Assembly: GCA_046047495.1 (NCBI GenBank)
Contig: JBJOHV010000018.1
Span: 46,048 to 110,047, forward strand
DNA: 64,000 nt
DNA from: Pseudomonadota bacterium
GTDB taxonomy: Bacteria > Pseudomonadota > Gammaproteobacteria > Pseudomonadales > Pseudohongiellaceae
Reading direction: 5' to 3'
The notes beneath the pieces are model-generated. The model made no database searches, was not told the origin of the DNA, and saw only the letters and a program-made list of their open reading frames with translations. Positions 54,991 to 64,000 of the stretch are shown one piece after another. Position numbers and translations under genes: made by a program. Position 1 is the first letter of the stretch; every line of letters begins with the position of its first letter.

Positions 54991-56172
54991 ATGAAAGAAG
55001 CAGTCATCGTATCGACAGCCCGCACACCCATCGGCAAAGCCTATCGTGGCGCCTTCAACAACACCGAGGCTCCCACCCTCGGCGGCCATGCCATCGCCCA
55101 CGCCGTGCAGCGGGCCGGCATCGATCCGGCGGAAGTGGACGATGTCATCATGGGCTGCGCCATGCAGCAGGGCTCGTCCGGTTATAACATCGGTCGTACG
55201 GCCGCCGTCGCCGCCGGCCTGCCCAACACCGTATCGGGCATGAGCATCGACCGCCAGTGCTCCTCCGGCATGATGGCTATCGCCACAGCCGCCAAGCAGA
55301 TCATCGACGACCATATGCCCATTGTGGTGGGTGGCGGGCTGGAATCCATCAGCCTGGTGCAGAATGAGCATCGCAACAACTACCGTGCCCAGGACCCCAA
55401 TGTGATCGCCCGATCCCAGCACGCCTATATGTCCATGCTGGAAACGGCCGAAGTGGTGGCCCGCCGTTACAAGATCAGCCGTGAACAGCAGGATGAGTAT
55501 GCCCTGCAGAGCCAGCAGCGCACGGCGGCGGCTCAGGCAGCCGGAAAATTCGCAGCCGAGATCGTTCCCCTGCCGGCGAAAATGCTGTTCGTGGACAAGG
55601 CCACCAAGCAGCAGAGTCTGCACGATGTGAACCTGGACAAGGATGAGGGCAACCGTCCCACCACCACCCTGGAAGGGCTGGCCGGTCTGCAACCGGTCAT
55701 CGAGGGCGGCTGCATCACCGCCGGCAATGCCAGTCAGCTCTCCGACGGCGCCTCGGCGGCCGTGCTGATGGATGCCGCTCTGGCGGAGAAGAAAGGTCTG
55801 CAGCCCCTGGGTGCCTACCGGGGCATCGCCGTGGCCGGTCTGGATCCCGACGAGATGGGCATCGGGCCTGTCTATGCCATCCCCAAATTGCTCAAGCGTT
55901 TCGGTCTGACGATGGAGGACATCGGCCTGTGGGAACTCAATGAAGCGTTCGCCGTGCAGGTAATCTATTGCCGTGACAAGTTGGGTATTCCGAACGACCT
56001 GTTGAACGTCAATGGCGGGGCCATATCAATCGGCCACCCCTATGGCATGAGCGGTGCCCGCATGGTGGGTCACGCGCTCATCGAAGGCAAACGGCGTGGT
56101 GCCAGGTATGTGGTATGCACCATGTGCGTGGGCGGCGGCATGGGTGCCGCAGGTCTTTTCGAGGTGTATTGA
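54991..56172 (+). CDS. Acetyl-CoA C-acyltransferase (thiolase)
   Basis: '[19 protein letters not shown]'. Active-site Cys in '[13 protein letters not shown]'. C-terminal '[19 protein letters not shown]' and '[13 protein letters not shown]'. Confidence 0.9.
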   Translation: MKEAVIVSTARTPIGKAYRGAFNNTEAPTLGGHAIAHAVQRAGIDPAEVDDVIMGCAMQQGSSGYNIGRTAAVAAGLPNTVSGMSIDRQCSSGMMAIATAAKQIIDDHMPIVVGGGLESISLVQNEHRNNYRAQDPNVIARSQHAYMSMLETAEVVARRYKISREQQDEYALQSQQRTAAAQAAGKFAAEIVPLPAKMLFVDKATKQQSLHDVNLDKDEGNRPTTTLEGLAGLQPVIEGGCITAGNASQLSDGASAAVLMDAALAEKKGLQPLGAYRGIAVAGLDPDEMGIGPVYAIPKLLKRFGLTMEDIGLWELNEAFAVQVIYCRDKLGIPNDLLNVNGGAISIGHPYGMSGARMVGHALIEGKRRGARYVVCTMCVGGGMGAAGLFEVY

Positions 56173-56189
56173 CGAAACTGTCCCCTGGG

Positions 56190-57308
56190 TCAGCCGTCCA
56201 GGGCATGCAGGGGCTCCACGTACTCCCTGCCCAGTGCCTGCGCCACACCCTGGTGGGTCACCTGACCCCGATAGACGTTGAGGCCATTGCGCAAATGAGG
56301 GTTGTTGCGCAATGCCGTCAGCACGCCCTGTTCCACCAGCTGCAACAGCGGTGGCAGGGTGACGCTGGTGAGAGCCAGGGTCGAGGTGCGGGGAACCGCA
56401 CCGGGCATATTGGCCACGCAGTAGTGCAGGATGCCGTCCACCACGTAGACCGGATCGTCATGGGTCGTGGGGCGGCTGGTTTCGAAACAGCCGCCCTGAT
56501 CGATGGCCACATCGACGATCACCGCACCGGGCTGCATCAGCTTCAGCATGGCACGGGTGACCAGGTGGGGAGCAGCCGCGCCGATGATCAGCACGGCACC
56601 CACCACCACATCCGCATCGGTAATCTGTCGGGCAATCTCCTCCTCCGTTGAATAGAGCGTCCTGACCCGGTTGCCGAACATCAGCTCCAGCTCCCGCATG
56701 CGGGGTTCGTTGCGATCGAGGATGATCACATCGGCTCCCAGACCTACCGCCATCTGAGCCGCATTGCGGCCCACCACACCACCGCCCAGGATTACCACCT
56801 TGCCGGGCTTGACTCCGGGCACTCCGGCCAGCAATACGCCCCGGCCACCCTGGGTGATTTCCAGGTGGTGGGCCGCGGCCTGAATGGACATGCGTCCGGC
56901 CACCTCACTCATGGGGGTCAGCAGGGGCAGGCGCCCGGCTGCATCTGTCACCGTTTCATAGGCGATGCCGGTGACCCCGGCGGCCAGCAGGGCATCGGTG
57001 ATGTCGGGCACCGCCGCCAGGTGCAGATAGGTGAACAGTGTCTGGCCGGGGCGCAGCAGGCGACACTCCTCCAGTTGGGGCTCCTTCACTTTCACAATGA
57101 GGTCCGCCTCGGCGAAAATGCGCTCACGATCAGCCACCACCACCGCACCGGCAGCCTGATAGGCTGCGTTGTCCATGCCAATCTTCTGCGCCGCATCGGA
57201 TTGCACCAGCACCTTGTGACCGTGTGCCGTCAAATCCCGCACGCCGGCGGGTATCATGCCAACCCGGTATTCCCGGGTTTTGATTTCCTTGGGTACGCCA
57301 ATGATCAT
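56190..57308 (-). CDS. ald: Alanine dehydrogenase
   Basis: 'MIIGVPKEIKTREYRVGMIP'. NAD fold 'VVILGGGVVGRNAAQMAVGLGADVIILD'. 'HYCVANMPGAVP' is present. Confidence 0.9.
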   Translation of the reverse strand: MIIGVPKEIKTREYRVGMIPAGVRDLTAHGHKVLVQSDAAQKIGMDNAAYQAAGAVVVADRERIFAEADLIVKVKEPQLEECRLLRPGQTLFTYLHLAAVPDITDALLAAGVTGIAYETVTDAAGRLPLLTPMSEVAGRMSIQAAAHHLEITQGGRGVLLAGVPGVKPGKVVILGGGVVGRNAAQMAVGLGADVIILDRNEPRMRELELMFGNRVRTLYSTEEEIARQITDADVVVGAVLIIGAAAPHLVTRAMLKLMQPGAVIVDVAIDQGGCFETSRPTTHDDPVYVVDGILHYCVANMPGAVPRTSTLALTSVTLPPLLQLVEQGVLTALRNNPHLRNGLNVYRGQVTHQGVAQALGREYVEPLHALDG

Positions 57309-57323
57309 GATGAGAGCTTCTCC

Positions 57324-57845
57324 TCAGAGTCCGCAGACGGTGTCCGCAAAATGGATTTTCTCCTCCGCCGCCAGTTCCCATGACGGCAGATATTCAAAGC
57401 TGGCTGCCTGCAATCGCGCGGCGGCGATGTGGGTCCACACAGAGTCGCCCAGCCCACGCCGCACCTTGTCCTCAAATTCCAGGGTGGCCTGGTGATAACG
57501 TTCCAGGCGGCTGGCCAGCGGCGGCAGATAGAGGAAGGCCTTGGCGGCCCGCTCCTCGATCTCCATCCGGCCGTTTTCGGGATCCATGTAGAAGCGACAG
57601 AAAGGACTGTCGGGCTCCACACCCTGCTTGTAGCGATGATAGGACTGGTCAAGCAGATCCAGCAGAAGCACTGCCTGTCCGTCCATCAGTTGCAGGGCGG
57701 CAGGGAACTGACCCTCGCGCCTGACAGCCTGCAGGCTGGCGGCGACAAAGCGGAATGTGGCATCGTCCAGCTCCGTCTGCGCCACGGCGGACGGCACCGG
57801 CAGAATCATCCCCGCCACCAGCAACGCAGCGCAGACCTGCTTCAT
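57324..57845 (-). CDS. Hypothetical secreted protein
   Basis: Signal peptide 'MKQVCAALLVAGMILPVPSAVAQ'. Its start overlaps the arfB stop (ATGA). No family recognised. Confidence 0.45.
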   Translation of the reverse strand: MKQVCAALLVAGMILPVPSAVAQTELDDATFRFVAASLQAVRREGQFPAALQLMDGQAVLLLDLLDQSYHRYKQGVEPDSPFCRFYMDPENGRMEIEERAAKAFLYLPPLASRLERYHQATLEFEDKVRRGLGDSVWTHIAAARLQAASFEYLPSWELAAEEKIHFADTVCGL

Positions 57846-58258
57846 AACAGGTCTCCCCTGGGCTTGCCACGCATGCCCTTGATGCGTCCTTTCACCTTCT
57901 TTTCCTGCAGGCGCTTGTTGACCGAGGACAGGGTGGGACGGGTCGCCTTGCGCACCCGGCGCTGCTGCCTGGCTTTCAGCAGCATTCCTTCCAGACGCTG
58001 CAGGGCATCCAGGCGGTTCTGCTCCTGGCTGCGGTAGCGCTGGGCCTTGATGATGACCACCCCGTCATTGGAAATGCGCTGATCACCCATGGCCAGCAGG
58101 CGCTCCTTGACCAGTTCCGGCAGACTGGCGGCCCTGATGTCGAAGCGCAAATGGATGGCCGTTGCCACTTTGTTGACATTTTGACCTCCGGGTCCGCTGG
58201 CGCGTATGGCACTCAGCTCCACTTCACTGTCTGGAATGTCGTAACCGGCCAGCAACAT
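57842..58258 (-). CDS. arfB: Alternative ribosome-rescue factor ArfB (YaeJ-type peptidyl-tRNA hydrolase)
   Basis: 138 aa. The GGQ motif is in 'RASGPGGQNVNKVATAIHLRFD'. The basic C-terminal tail is 'KRLQEKKVKGRIKGMRGKPR'. Confidence 0.85.
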   Translation of the reverse strand: MLLAGYDIPDSEVELSAIRASGPGGQNVNKVATAIHLRFDIRAASLPELVKERLLAMGDQRISNDGVVIIKAQRYRSQEQNRLDALQRLEGMLLKARQQRRVRKATRPTLSSVNKRLQEKKVKGRIKGMRGKPRGDLL

Positions 58259-58460
58259 GGCAATGTCCGCAATCGGGCGATGGGTAAGTGCCCGCCATTG
58301 TACGCCTTTTTAAGGGGCTTGTTCCCAGTTTGGCGGACTGTCCCGGCACACCGGTCGGGTGTCGGCATCCGCTTGATTTGCCAAGGGTCTCTGGGGTAAG
58401 GTCAGGCAACTCGCGACCGTCAGCCGACCACCCTAACAACAACACTCAGTGTGCGCCCCA

Positions 58461-59732
58461 ATGATCAAACTTAGCCGCATGTCGCTGTCCACTGTCCTGG
58501 CCCCTCTTCTGGCCTTGGTCCTGTTCTGCATCTCGATCACTCCGGTGCGGGCTCAGGAGCCGATCCGCATCGCCTTCATTGATCCCTTGTCAGGCTCGTT
58601 TGCCTCCATCGGCAACAGCGGCCTCAAACAGCTGCAATTTGCCGCCGACCACCTGTTCAACAGCCAGGGGGGCATTCTGGGCGGTCGCATGATTGAAATC
58701 GTTCCCCTGGACAACAAGCAGAGCCCGACCGACACTCAGCTGCAGTTCCGCCGCGCCGTGGCGGAAGGCATCCGCATCATCTTCCAGGGCAACAGCTCGG
58801 CGGTGGCCAACACCTTGAACGACACGGTGATCCGGCACAATCGCCGCAATCCCGGGCAGGAGGTCCTGCAGATCAACTATTCCGCCGTCGACCCGGTGTT
58901 GACCGAGGAAAACTGCAGCTTCTGGCATTTCCGCTTCGACGCCCACGCCAACATGAAGCTCGATACCCTGACCACCTATCTGGCAGCCAAGCCGGAAATC
59001 AAGAGCGTCTACATCATTGGTCAGGACTACTCCTTCGGTCAGGTAGTGGCCGACACCTCCATCCGCCTGCTCAAGGAAAAGAGGCCAGACATCACCATCG
59101 TCGGCAATGAGTTCCATCCCATAGGCCAGGTCAAGGACTTCACCCCCTACGTCACCAAGATCGTGGCCTCCGGCGCCGACGCAGTGATCACCGGCAATTT
59201 CGGTGCCGACATGGTGTCCCTGGCCCGTTCCATCATCGATTCCGGACTGGATGTTCCCATCTATACGTTCTACGCCGCCTACGACGGCATTACCGCCACC
59301 CTGGGGGCCGATGCCCGCGACCAGATCTACCTGGTGCACAATGACGCATCGAATCCCCTGCCCACGGAAGAACGCAAGGCCTATTACCGGGCTTTCAAGG
59401 CCGCCAACCCGGGCTTCGACATGACCCAGCCCCGCATCGCCAATGCCCTGCAGATGCTGGTGGCGGCCATGGAGCAATCCCAGAGCACCGATCCCTATGA
59501 CATCGCCATGGCTCTGGAGGACATGCGCTTCACCAACCTGAGCGGGGAAGAGATCTGGATGCGGGGCGAGGACCACCAGATCATGCAGGCCCTGCACATC
59601 TCCCGCCATACCGACCAGGACATCGAGTTCGACGCCGACAATTCCGGCTTTGGCCTGCTGACGGAATACAGTGTGCCCATGGAAACCACCATCCCTCCGG
59701 TGCATTGCGAGATGGACCGGCCGCGCCGTTAA
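58461..59732 (+). CDS. ABC transporter substrate-binding protein (LivK/Peripla_BP_6 type)
   Basis: Signal peptide 'MIKLSRMSLSTVLAPLLALVLFCISITPVRAQ', then 'IRIAFIDPLSGSFASIGN'. It is the first gene of a Liv-type operon. ATG 58461 is chosen over the GTG at 58449. Confidence 0.8.
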   Translation: MIKLSRMSLSTVLAPLLALVLFCISITPVRAQEPIRIAFIDPLSGSFASIGNSGLKQLQFAADHLFNSQGGILGGRMIEIVPLDNKQSPTDTQLQFRRAVAEGIRIIFQGNSSAVANTLNDTVIRHNRRNPGQEVLQINYSAVDPVLTEENCSFWHFRFDAHANMKLDTLTTYLAAKPEIKSVYIIGQDYSFGQVVADTSIRLLKEKRPDITIVGNEFHPIGQVKDFTPYVTKIVASGADAVITGNFGADMVSLARSIIDSGLDVPIYTFYAAYDGITATLGADARDQIYLVHNDASNPLPTEERKAYYRAFKAANPGFDMTQPRIANALQMLVAAMEQSQSTDPYDIAMALEDMRFTNLSGEEIWMRGEDHQIMQALHISRHTDQDIEFDADNSGFGLLTEYSVPMETTIPPVHCEMDRPRR

Positions 59733-59781
59733 CCCTTGAACCTGAAGCACTGCAGTTAACGGTCGTCGGAGTCCTGACCTG

Positions 59782-60732
59782 ATGTTGGAAGTTTTCGTAT
59801 TCGCGACGCTCAATGGCCTCGTCACCGGACTGCTGCTGTTCATGCTGGCCAGCGGATTGACCCTCATCTTCAGCATGATGGGCGTATTGAACTTCGCCCA
59901 CGCCAGTTTCTACATGCTGGGCGCCTATTTCGCCTATTCCATCAGTCAGCAGATGGGCTTCTGGACCGGCCTGTTGTTGGCGCCGCTCATCGTGGGCGTG
60001 CTCGGCGCCCTGGTTGAAAGGTACGGCCTGCGCCGGGTGCACAAGTCCGGCCACGTGGCGGAACTGGTATTCACCTTCGGCCTGGCCTTTCTGATCGAGG
60101 AAGCCGTACAGTTCTTCTGGGGCCGGGACACCAAGAGCTATCGCACGCCGGAAATCCTCGACTTCCCGCTGTTCACCCTGTTCGGTCAGGAATTCTCCGC
60201 CTACCGCGGTTTCATGATTTTCATTTCCATCGGCATCTTCATCGGCCTCTACTACACCCTGACCCGCAGCCGCATCGGCATCATCATCCAGGCCGCCATC
60301 ACCCATCCCCACACCGTGGCCAACCTCGGTCATAACGTGCCCTTCATTTTTATGGCTGTGTTCGGCGTCGGTTCCGCCCTGGCGGGTCTGGCGGGAGTGA
60401 TTGCCGGGCCGGTGTTGACCACCTTCCCGGGCATGGCCACCGTGCTGGGCAGCATCGTGTTCGTGATCGTGGTCATCGGCGGACTGGGCTCCCTGTTCGG
60501 CGCCTTCGTGGCATCACTGCTGATCGGCCTGTTGCAGTCCTACGCCATCGCCTCCGACGTGGGCATGCCGGATCTGCTGGCACTGCTGGGGGTAAGCTTC
60601 GACCGTGATCACCCCTTGACCGATCTGTGGACCATGACCCTGCCACAGATCGCCCCGATCCTGCCCTTCCTGTTGCTGGTGCTGGTGCTGATCTTCAGGC
60701 CCAGGGGTCTGTTCGGTAAACGGGAAAGCTGA
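59782..60732 (+). CDS. Branched-chain amino acid ABC transporter permease (LivH-like)
   Basis: 'LNGLVTGLLLFMLASGLTLIFSMMGVLNFAHASFYMLGAY' is typical of the LivH family. Polytopic, 316 aa. Confidence 0.85.
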   Translation: MLEVFVFATLNGLVTGLLLFMLASGLTLIFSMMGVLNFAHASFYMLGAYFAYSISQQMGFWTGLLLAPLIVGVLGALVERYGLRRVHKSGHVAELVFTFGLAFLIEEAVQFFWGRDTKSYRTPEILDFPLFTLFGQEFSAYRGFMIFISIGIFIGLYYTLTRSRIGIIIQAAITHPHTVANLGHNVPFIFMAVFGVGSALAGLAGVIAGPVLTTFPGMATVLGSIVFVIVVIGGLGSLFGAFVASLLIGLLQSYAIASDVGMPDLLALLGVSFDRDHPLTDLWTMTLPQIAPILPFLLLVLVLIFRPRGLFGKRES

Positions 60733-61970
60733 TGGATATCGCCAGCATAGTGAGACGTCTGGCCCCCTGGATGGGGTTCCTGGTGATTCTGCTGGTGTTG
60801 CCCAGCCTGTTTGATTCCATACTGGCGATCTCCATCCTCAACCAGATGACCATCGCCATCGTGTTTGCCCTCAGCTACAACATGCTGCTGGGCCAGGGCG
60901 GCATGCTGTCCTTCGGCCATGCCGTCTATTTCGGCCTGGGCGGATTCCTCGCCGTGCATGCGCTGCTGATGATAGAGAACGAGACCGTGGTCTTCTCCGT
61001 GGTCTTCATTCCCCTGGTGGGCGGCCTGTTCGGGCTGCTGGCTGGCCTCTTCATCGGCAGCTTCTCCACCCACAAGGCCGGCACCGTTTTCGCCATGATC
61101 TCCCTTGGCATCGGTGAACTGGTGGCCGCCTCATCCCTGATCTTCGTCAGTTTCTTTGGCGGCGAAGCGGGAGTCAGCGCAGATCGCACCTACGGCCCGC
61201 CGTTTTTCGGCGTGGATTTCGCCCAGAATCTGGAGATCTATTACCTGGCCGCGGTGTGGACGTTTATCGCCACCGTGTTCATGTACCTGTTCACCCAGAC
61301 ACCTGCCGGTCGCATGGCCAACGCGGTTCGCGACAATCCGGTGCGGGCGGAATTCATCGGCTACAGCGCACGCCGGGTCAGGTTCATCAGTTTTTGCTGT
61401 GCCGGATTCTTTGCAGGCGTGGCGGGCGGTCTGTTCGCCCTCAACTATGAAATTCTCACCGAGGAAAATCTCAATGCCGTCACCTCGGGCCGGGTGCTGC
61501 TGATGGCCTATATCGGCGGCCTGGGCTACTTCATCGGCCCCATCATTGGCGCCGTGCTGCTGACCCTGATGAACTCACTGCTCAGCAATTACACGGAACT
61601 GTGGATGCTGTATCTCGGCATCCTGTTCGTACTGACCGTCATGTTTCTGCCCCGCGGCTTCGCCGGCTTCATCATGATGCACCGCCTGGCCTGGCACCAT
61701 GGCAAGCTGCCCAGCCTGGCGTTACCCTACCTGCTGACTGGAGTACCTGCCCTGGTTTTCCTGCTGGGGTGCATCGCCATGCTGGAAATGAGCCACAGTG
61801 AAGATGCGGAAATGCACTATTTCGGCCTGACCCTCGCCACCAGCGGAGCCGCCAGCTGGCTGCTGGTCGTTGCCGTTACAGCCACCGCCCTTCTTGCCTT
61901 GCTGCGCTCACTGCCCCGACTCAACCACGCCTGGAGGGCAGCCAATGCCCCCCGCGGAGAGCAGCCCTGA
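60732..61970 (+). CDS. Branched-chain amino acid ABC transporter permease (LivM-like)
   Basis: 'ALSYNMLLGQGGMLSFGHAVYFGLGGF' is typical of the LivM family. The start overlaps the upstream stop (ATGA-type junction). Confidence 0.85.
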   Translation: MDIASIVRRLAPWMGFLVILLVLPSLFDSILAISILNQMTIAIVFALSYNMLLGQGGMLSFGHAVYFGLGGFLAVHALLMIENETVVFSVVFIPLVGGLFGLLAGLFIGSFSTHKAGTVFAMISLGIGELVAASSLIFVSFFGGEAGVSADRTYGPPFFGVDFAQNLEIYYLAAVWTFIATVFMYLFTQTPAGRMANAVRDNPVRAEFIGYSARRVRFISFCCAGFFAGVAGGLFALNYEILTEENLNAVTSGRVLLMAYIGGLGYFIGPIIGAVLLTLMNSLLSNYTELWMLYLGILFVLTVMFLPRGFAGFIMMHRLAWHHGKLPSLALPYLLTGVPALVFLLGCIAMLEMSHSEDAEMHYFGLTLATSGAASWLLVVAVTATALLALLRSLPRLNHAWRAANAPRGEQP

Positions 61971-62722
61971 TGACGATCCTTAGTCTCAAGGATGTGCGCA
62001 AGAATTTCGGCAACACGGAAATCATCCGGGGCGTTTCCCTGGACATCATGCCCGGGGAAAAGCATGCCATCATCGGCCCCAACGGGGCCGGCAAATCCAC
62101 ACTGTTCCATCTCATCAGCGGACTCTATCAAGTGACATCCGGGACTATCGAGTTCCAGGGCAGGGTAATACACAACCTGCCGCCTTACCAGATTGCCCGC
62201 ATGGGCCTGGCCCGCAGCTTTCAGGTCACCAATATCTTCCCGTTGCTGAATGTGTTCGAAAACATCCGCTGCGCCCTGCTGTGGAGCAGCGGCTACCGCT
62301 ACTCGTTCTGGCATCTGCTGGGGCGCCAGGACGACCTCAATCGAAGGGTCACCGAGACCCTGGAAAAGATCGGCCTGCGGGACAAGGCCCATTATCCGGC
62401 TGGCGAGCTGGCCTATGCCCAGCAGCGGGCATTGGAACTGGGTATTGCCATCGCCGGCGGCGCCGACCTGATCATGCTGGACGAACCGGTGGCGGGCATG
62501 AGCCACACCGAGGCGGAGAATGCCGTGGATCTGATTCGCCGGGTGACGGAGGGCAAGACCCTCATCATGGTGGAACATGACATGAACATCGTGTTCGGCC
62601 TGGCGGATCGCATCTCCGTGCTGGTCTACGGCGAGGTGATCGCATCGGATGTGCCCCAGGCCATCCGCGGCAATCCCAGAGTCCAGGAAGCCTATCTGGG
62701 TGTGGAGGCCGGCCATGCTTGA
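61970..62722 (+). CDS. ABC transporter ATP-binding protein (LivG-like)
   Basis: Walker A 'GPNGAGKST'. 'ARSFQVTNIFPLLNVFEN' is present. Signature-like 'LAYAQQRALELGIAIA' and Walker B 'LIMLDEPVAGM'. Confidence 0.88.
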   Translation: MTILSLKDVRKNFGNTEIIRGVSLDIMPGEKHAIIGPNGAGKSTLFHLISGLYQVTSGTIEFQGRVIHNLPPYQIARMGLARSFQVTNIFPLLNVFENIRCALLWSSGYRYSFWHLLGRQDDLNRRVTETLEKIGLRDKAHYPAGELAYAQQRALELGIAIAGGADLIMLDEPVAGMSHTEAENAVDLIRRVTEGKTLIMVEHDMNIVFGLADRISVLVYGEVIASDVPQAIRGNPRVQEAYLGVEAGHA

Positions 62723-63410
62723 AGTCAAGGATCTGCACGCCTATTACGGCAAGAGCCACATCCTTCAGGGGGTGAATTTCCATATCGGTGACGGGGAAAT
62801 CGTCAGCCTGCTGGGGCGCAACGGGGTGGGACGCTCCACCACGGTGAAGACCATCATGGGCGAGGTGGCGCCGGTCGGATCGATAAAATACCGCGGCCAG
62901 GAAATTGCCGGTCTCAGGAGTTTTCAGATTGCCAAACTTGGCATCGGCTACGTGCCGGAAAACCGGGATATATTTCCCACCCTCACGGTGCGCCAGAACC
63001 TGCTGCTGGGCATGAAGTCGACCCGCGGCAGCGGTCGCTGGACCATGGACGAAATGTTCCGCATGTTTCCCAATCTCGGGGAGCGGGCGGATGTGCCCGG
63101 CGGCGTGCTCAGCGGCGGCGAGCAGCAGATGCTGTGCATGTGCCGGACCCTGATGGGCGACCCCGATCTCATCATGATCGACGAGCCCACCGAAGGGTTG
63201 GCACCCAAGCTGGTGGAACAGGTGGGAACCCTGCTGGCGGAAATCGCCCGGCGCGGCGTCTCCATCCTGCTGGTGGAACAGAAACTGTCCATCGCGTTGC
63301 GCATTTCCCAGCGCCTCTATGTGATGGGACACGGCAGGATGGTCTATGAAGGCACACCGGACAGCCTGCGGGATGCCGCCGATGTGCGGGCGGAATGGCT
63401 GGAAGTCTGA
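62715..63410 (+). CDS. ABC transporter ATP-binding protein (LivF-like)
   Basis: ATG 62715 ('MLEVKDLHAYYG') overlaps the livG-like stop by 8 nt. Walker A 'GRNGVGRST', signature 'LSGGEQQML' and Walker B 'LIMIDEPTEGLAP'. Confidence 0.88.
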   Translation: MLEVKDLHAYYGKSHILQGVNFHIGDGEIVSLLGRNGVGRSTTVKTIMGEVAPVGSIKYRGQEIAGLRSFQIAKLGIGYVPENRDIFPTLTVRQNLLLGMKSTRGSGRWTMDEMFRMFPNLGERADVPGGVLSGGEQQMLCMCRTLMGDPDLIMIDEPTEGLAPKLVEQVGTLLAEIARRGVSILLVEQKLSIALRISQRLYVMGHGRMVYEGTPDSLRDAADVRAEWLEV

Positions 63411-63480
63411 ACGGCGGATTCGCTGCGAATCTGTCATATTCCATCGCTAAGCTGAAGCGCTCTTCACAGGAGTATCCCCA

Positions 63481-64000
63481 ATGCACAGATTCCTGATGTC
63501 GGCCGTGGCCGGGCTGATATTTCTCGGCAGTACCCCGGCGCATGCCTGGTGGGATTTCGGTCACCGGCTTACCGGTGAGATTGCCTGGGCACAGCTCTCC
63601 GATTCCGCCCGCCAACAGCTGTACGACATTCTGCAGGCCCATCCCCGCTATCAGGAGGATTTTACGGCCGCCATGCCGGAGGAAATCCGTCTGGGCTCCC
63701 TTTCCCAGCGCCAGAGCTGGCTGCTGGGAAGGGCGGCTTACTGGCCGGATGTGGCCCGCGATCTGCCGGATGAGGAGCGGCGCCGCTATAACCGTTCCAA
63801 CTGGCACTATATCGACGGCGCATTGATCCGCGATCGCGCCCTGCGCCAGGGCAATACCTACATCGACATCAGCCCGTTCCCGGACGGCATGGCACTGCCG
63901 GCCGCGCAGCTTGAGTCCGAAGCGCAGGTGAACAATATTCTGCTGGCCCTGGATTACAACGCCCGGGTATTCACCGATGCGGACAGCAGCCCTGCCGACC
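63481..64000 (+). CDS. S1/P1 nuclease-like secreted protein (3' partial, runs off window; not in the ORF track)
   Basis: My own translation from ATG 63481 stays open to nt 64000. It reads 'MHRFLMSAVAGLIFLGSTPAHA|WWDFGHRLTGEIAW...YWPDVARD...NWHYIDG'. A signal peptide is followed by W-x-x-x-GH and WH(Y/F)ID blocks, as in P1/S1 nucleases. Confidence 0.6.
   Translation, partial: MHRFLMSAVAGLIFLGSTPAHAWWDFGHRLTGEIAWAQLSDSARQQLYDILQAHPRYQEDFTAAMPEEIRLGSLSQRQSWLLGRAAYWPDVARDLPDEERRRYNRSNWHYIDGALIRDRALRQGNTYIDISPFPDGMALPAAQLESEAQVNNILLALDYNARVFTDADSSPAD

Noticed and set aside
63417-63431. Hairpin GATTCG-CTG-CGAATC just after livF as a terminator.
   Set aside because: It has only a 6-bp stem with a 3-nt loop and no following T-tract. 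That is too weak to call.
1-64000. A search for CRISPR arrays, rRNA genes, IS elements, tandem repeats and additional in-frame-TGA (split-ORF) selenoprotein candidates.
   Set aside because: I found no regularly spaced direct repeats, rRNA-like segments or transposase-like ORFs. The only same-frame ORF pair separated by a single TGA and followed by a hairpin is at 54517. This was a visual scan only, so short or degenerate elements could have been missed.

Overview
This is a gene-dense 64-kb chromosomal segment. It is probably gammaproteobacterial, an inference from E. coli/Pseudomonas-like CbpA-CbpM, OxyR-Dps, SelA/SelB and TgpA-like proteins. I support about 55 protein genes plus one tRNA. 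I found no transposase, integrase, phage gene, CRISPR array or rRNA.

Main content in window order:
- A DUF58 / TgpA-like transglutaminase / MoxR ATPase / helical-repeat cluster.
- A Bcr-type MFS transporter and selA.
- A visibly AT-rich island at about 8.8-12.8 kb. It carries a multi-TM protein with a degenerate class-III cyclase-like domain, an ICMT-like methyltransferase and an unassigned 200-aa protein.
- ppdK, a LemA-M48 peptidase pair, an SDR and a lactate permease.
- A co-directional selB / SLC13 permease / CHAD / DUF1704 (QEGLA, HExxxH) string.
- An Anbu-type cluster: a large transglutaminase-DUF2126 protein, a circularly permuted ATP-grasp protein, an alpha-E protein and an Anbu proteasome homolog.
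- dps-oxyR, then tRNA-Sec (selC).
- DUF547, KAS III, a MATE transporter, cbpA-cbpM and a MacAB-like exporter.
- Class I aldolase, OsmC, a TonB-dependent receptor and an MtfA-like peptidase.
- Thiolase, alanine dehydrogenase, arfB, a Liv-type ABC importer and a partial S1/P1-like nuclease.

The most interesting locus is 52.7-54.8 kb. Two ORFs are joined in frame by one TGA that is followed at once by a SECIS-like hairpin. The joined product is a 178-aa protein with a U-G-S-C-T-S-C motif. It sits downstream of a thioredoxin-fold (CGTC) fusion protein of unknown function. SelA, selB and selC all lie in the same window. A 23-bp perfect inverted repeat lies just downstream of this gene pair.

All functional calls rest on motifs I recognise by eye. 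No searches or computations were run.
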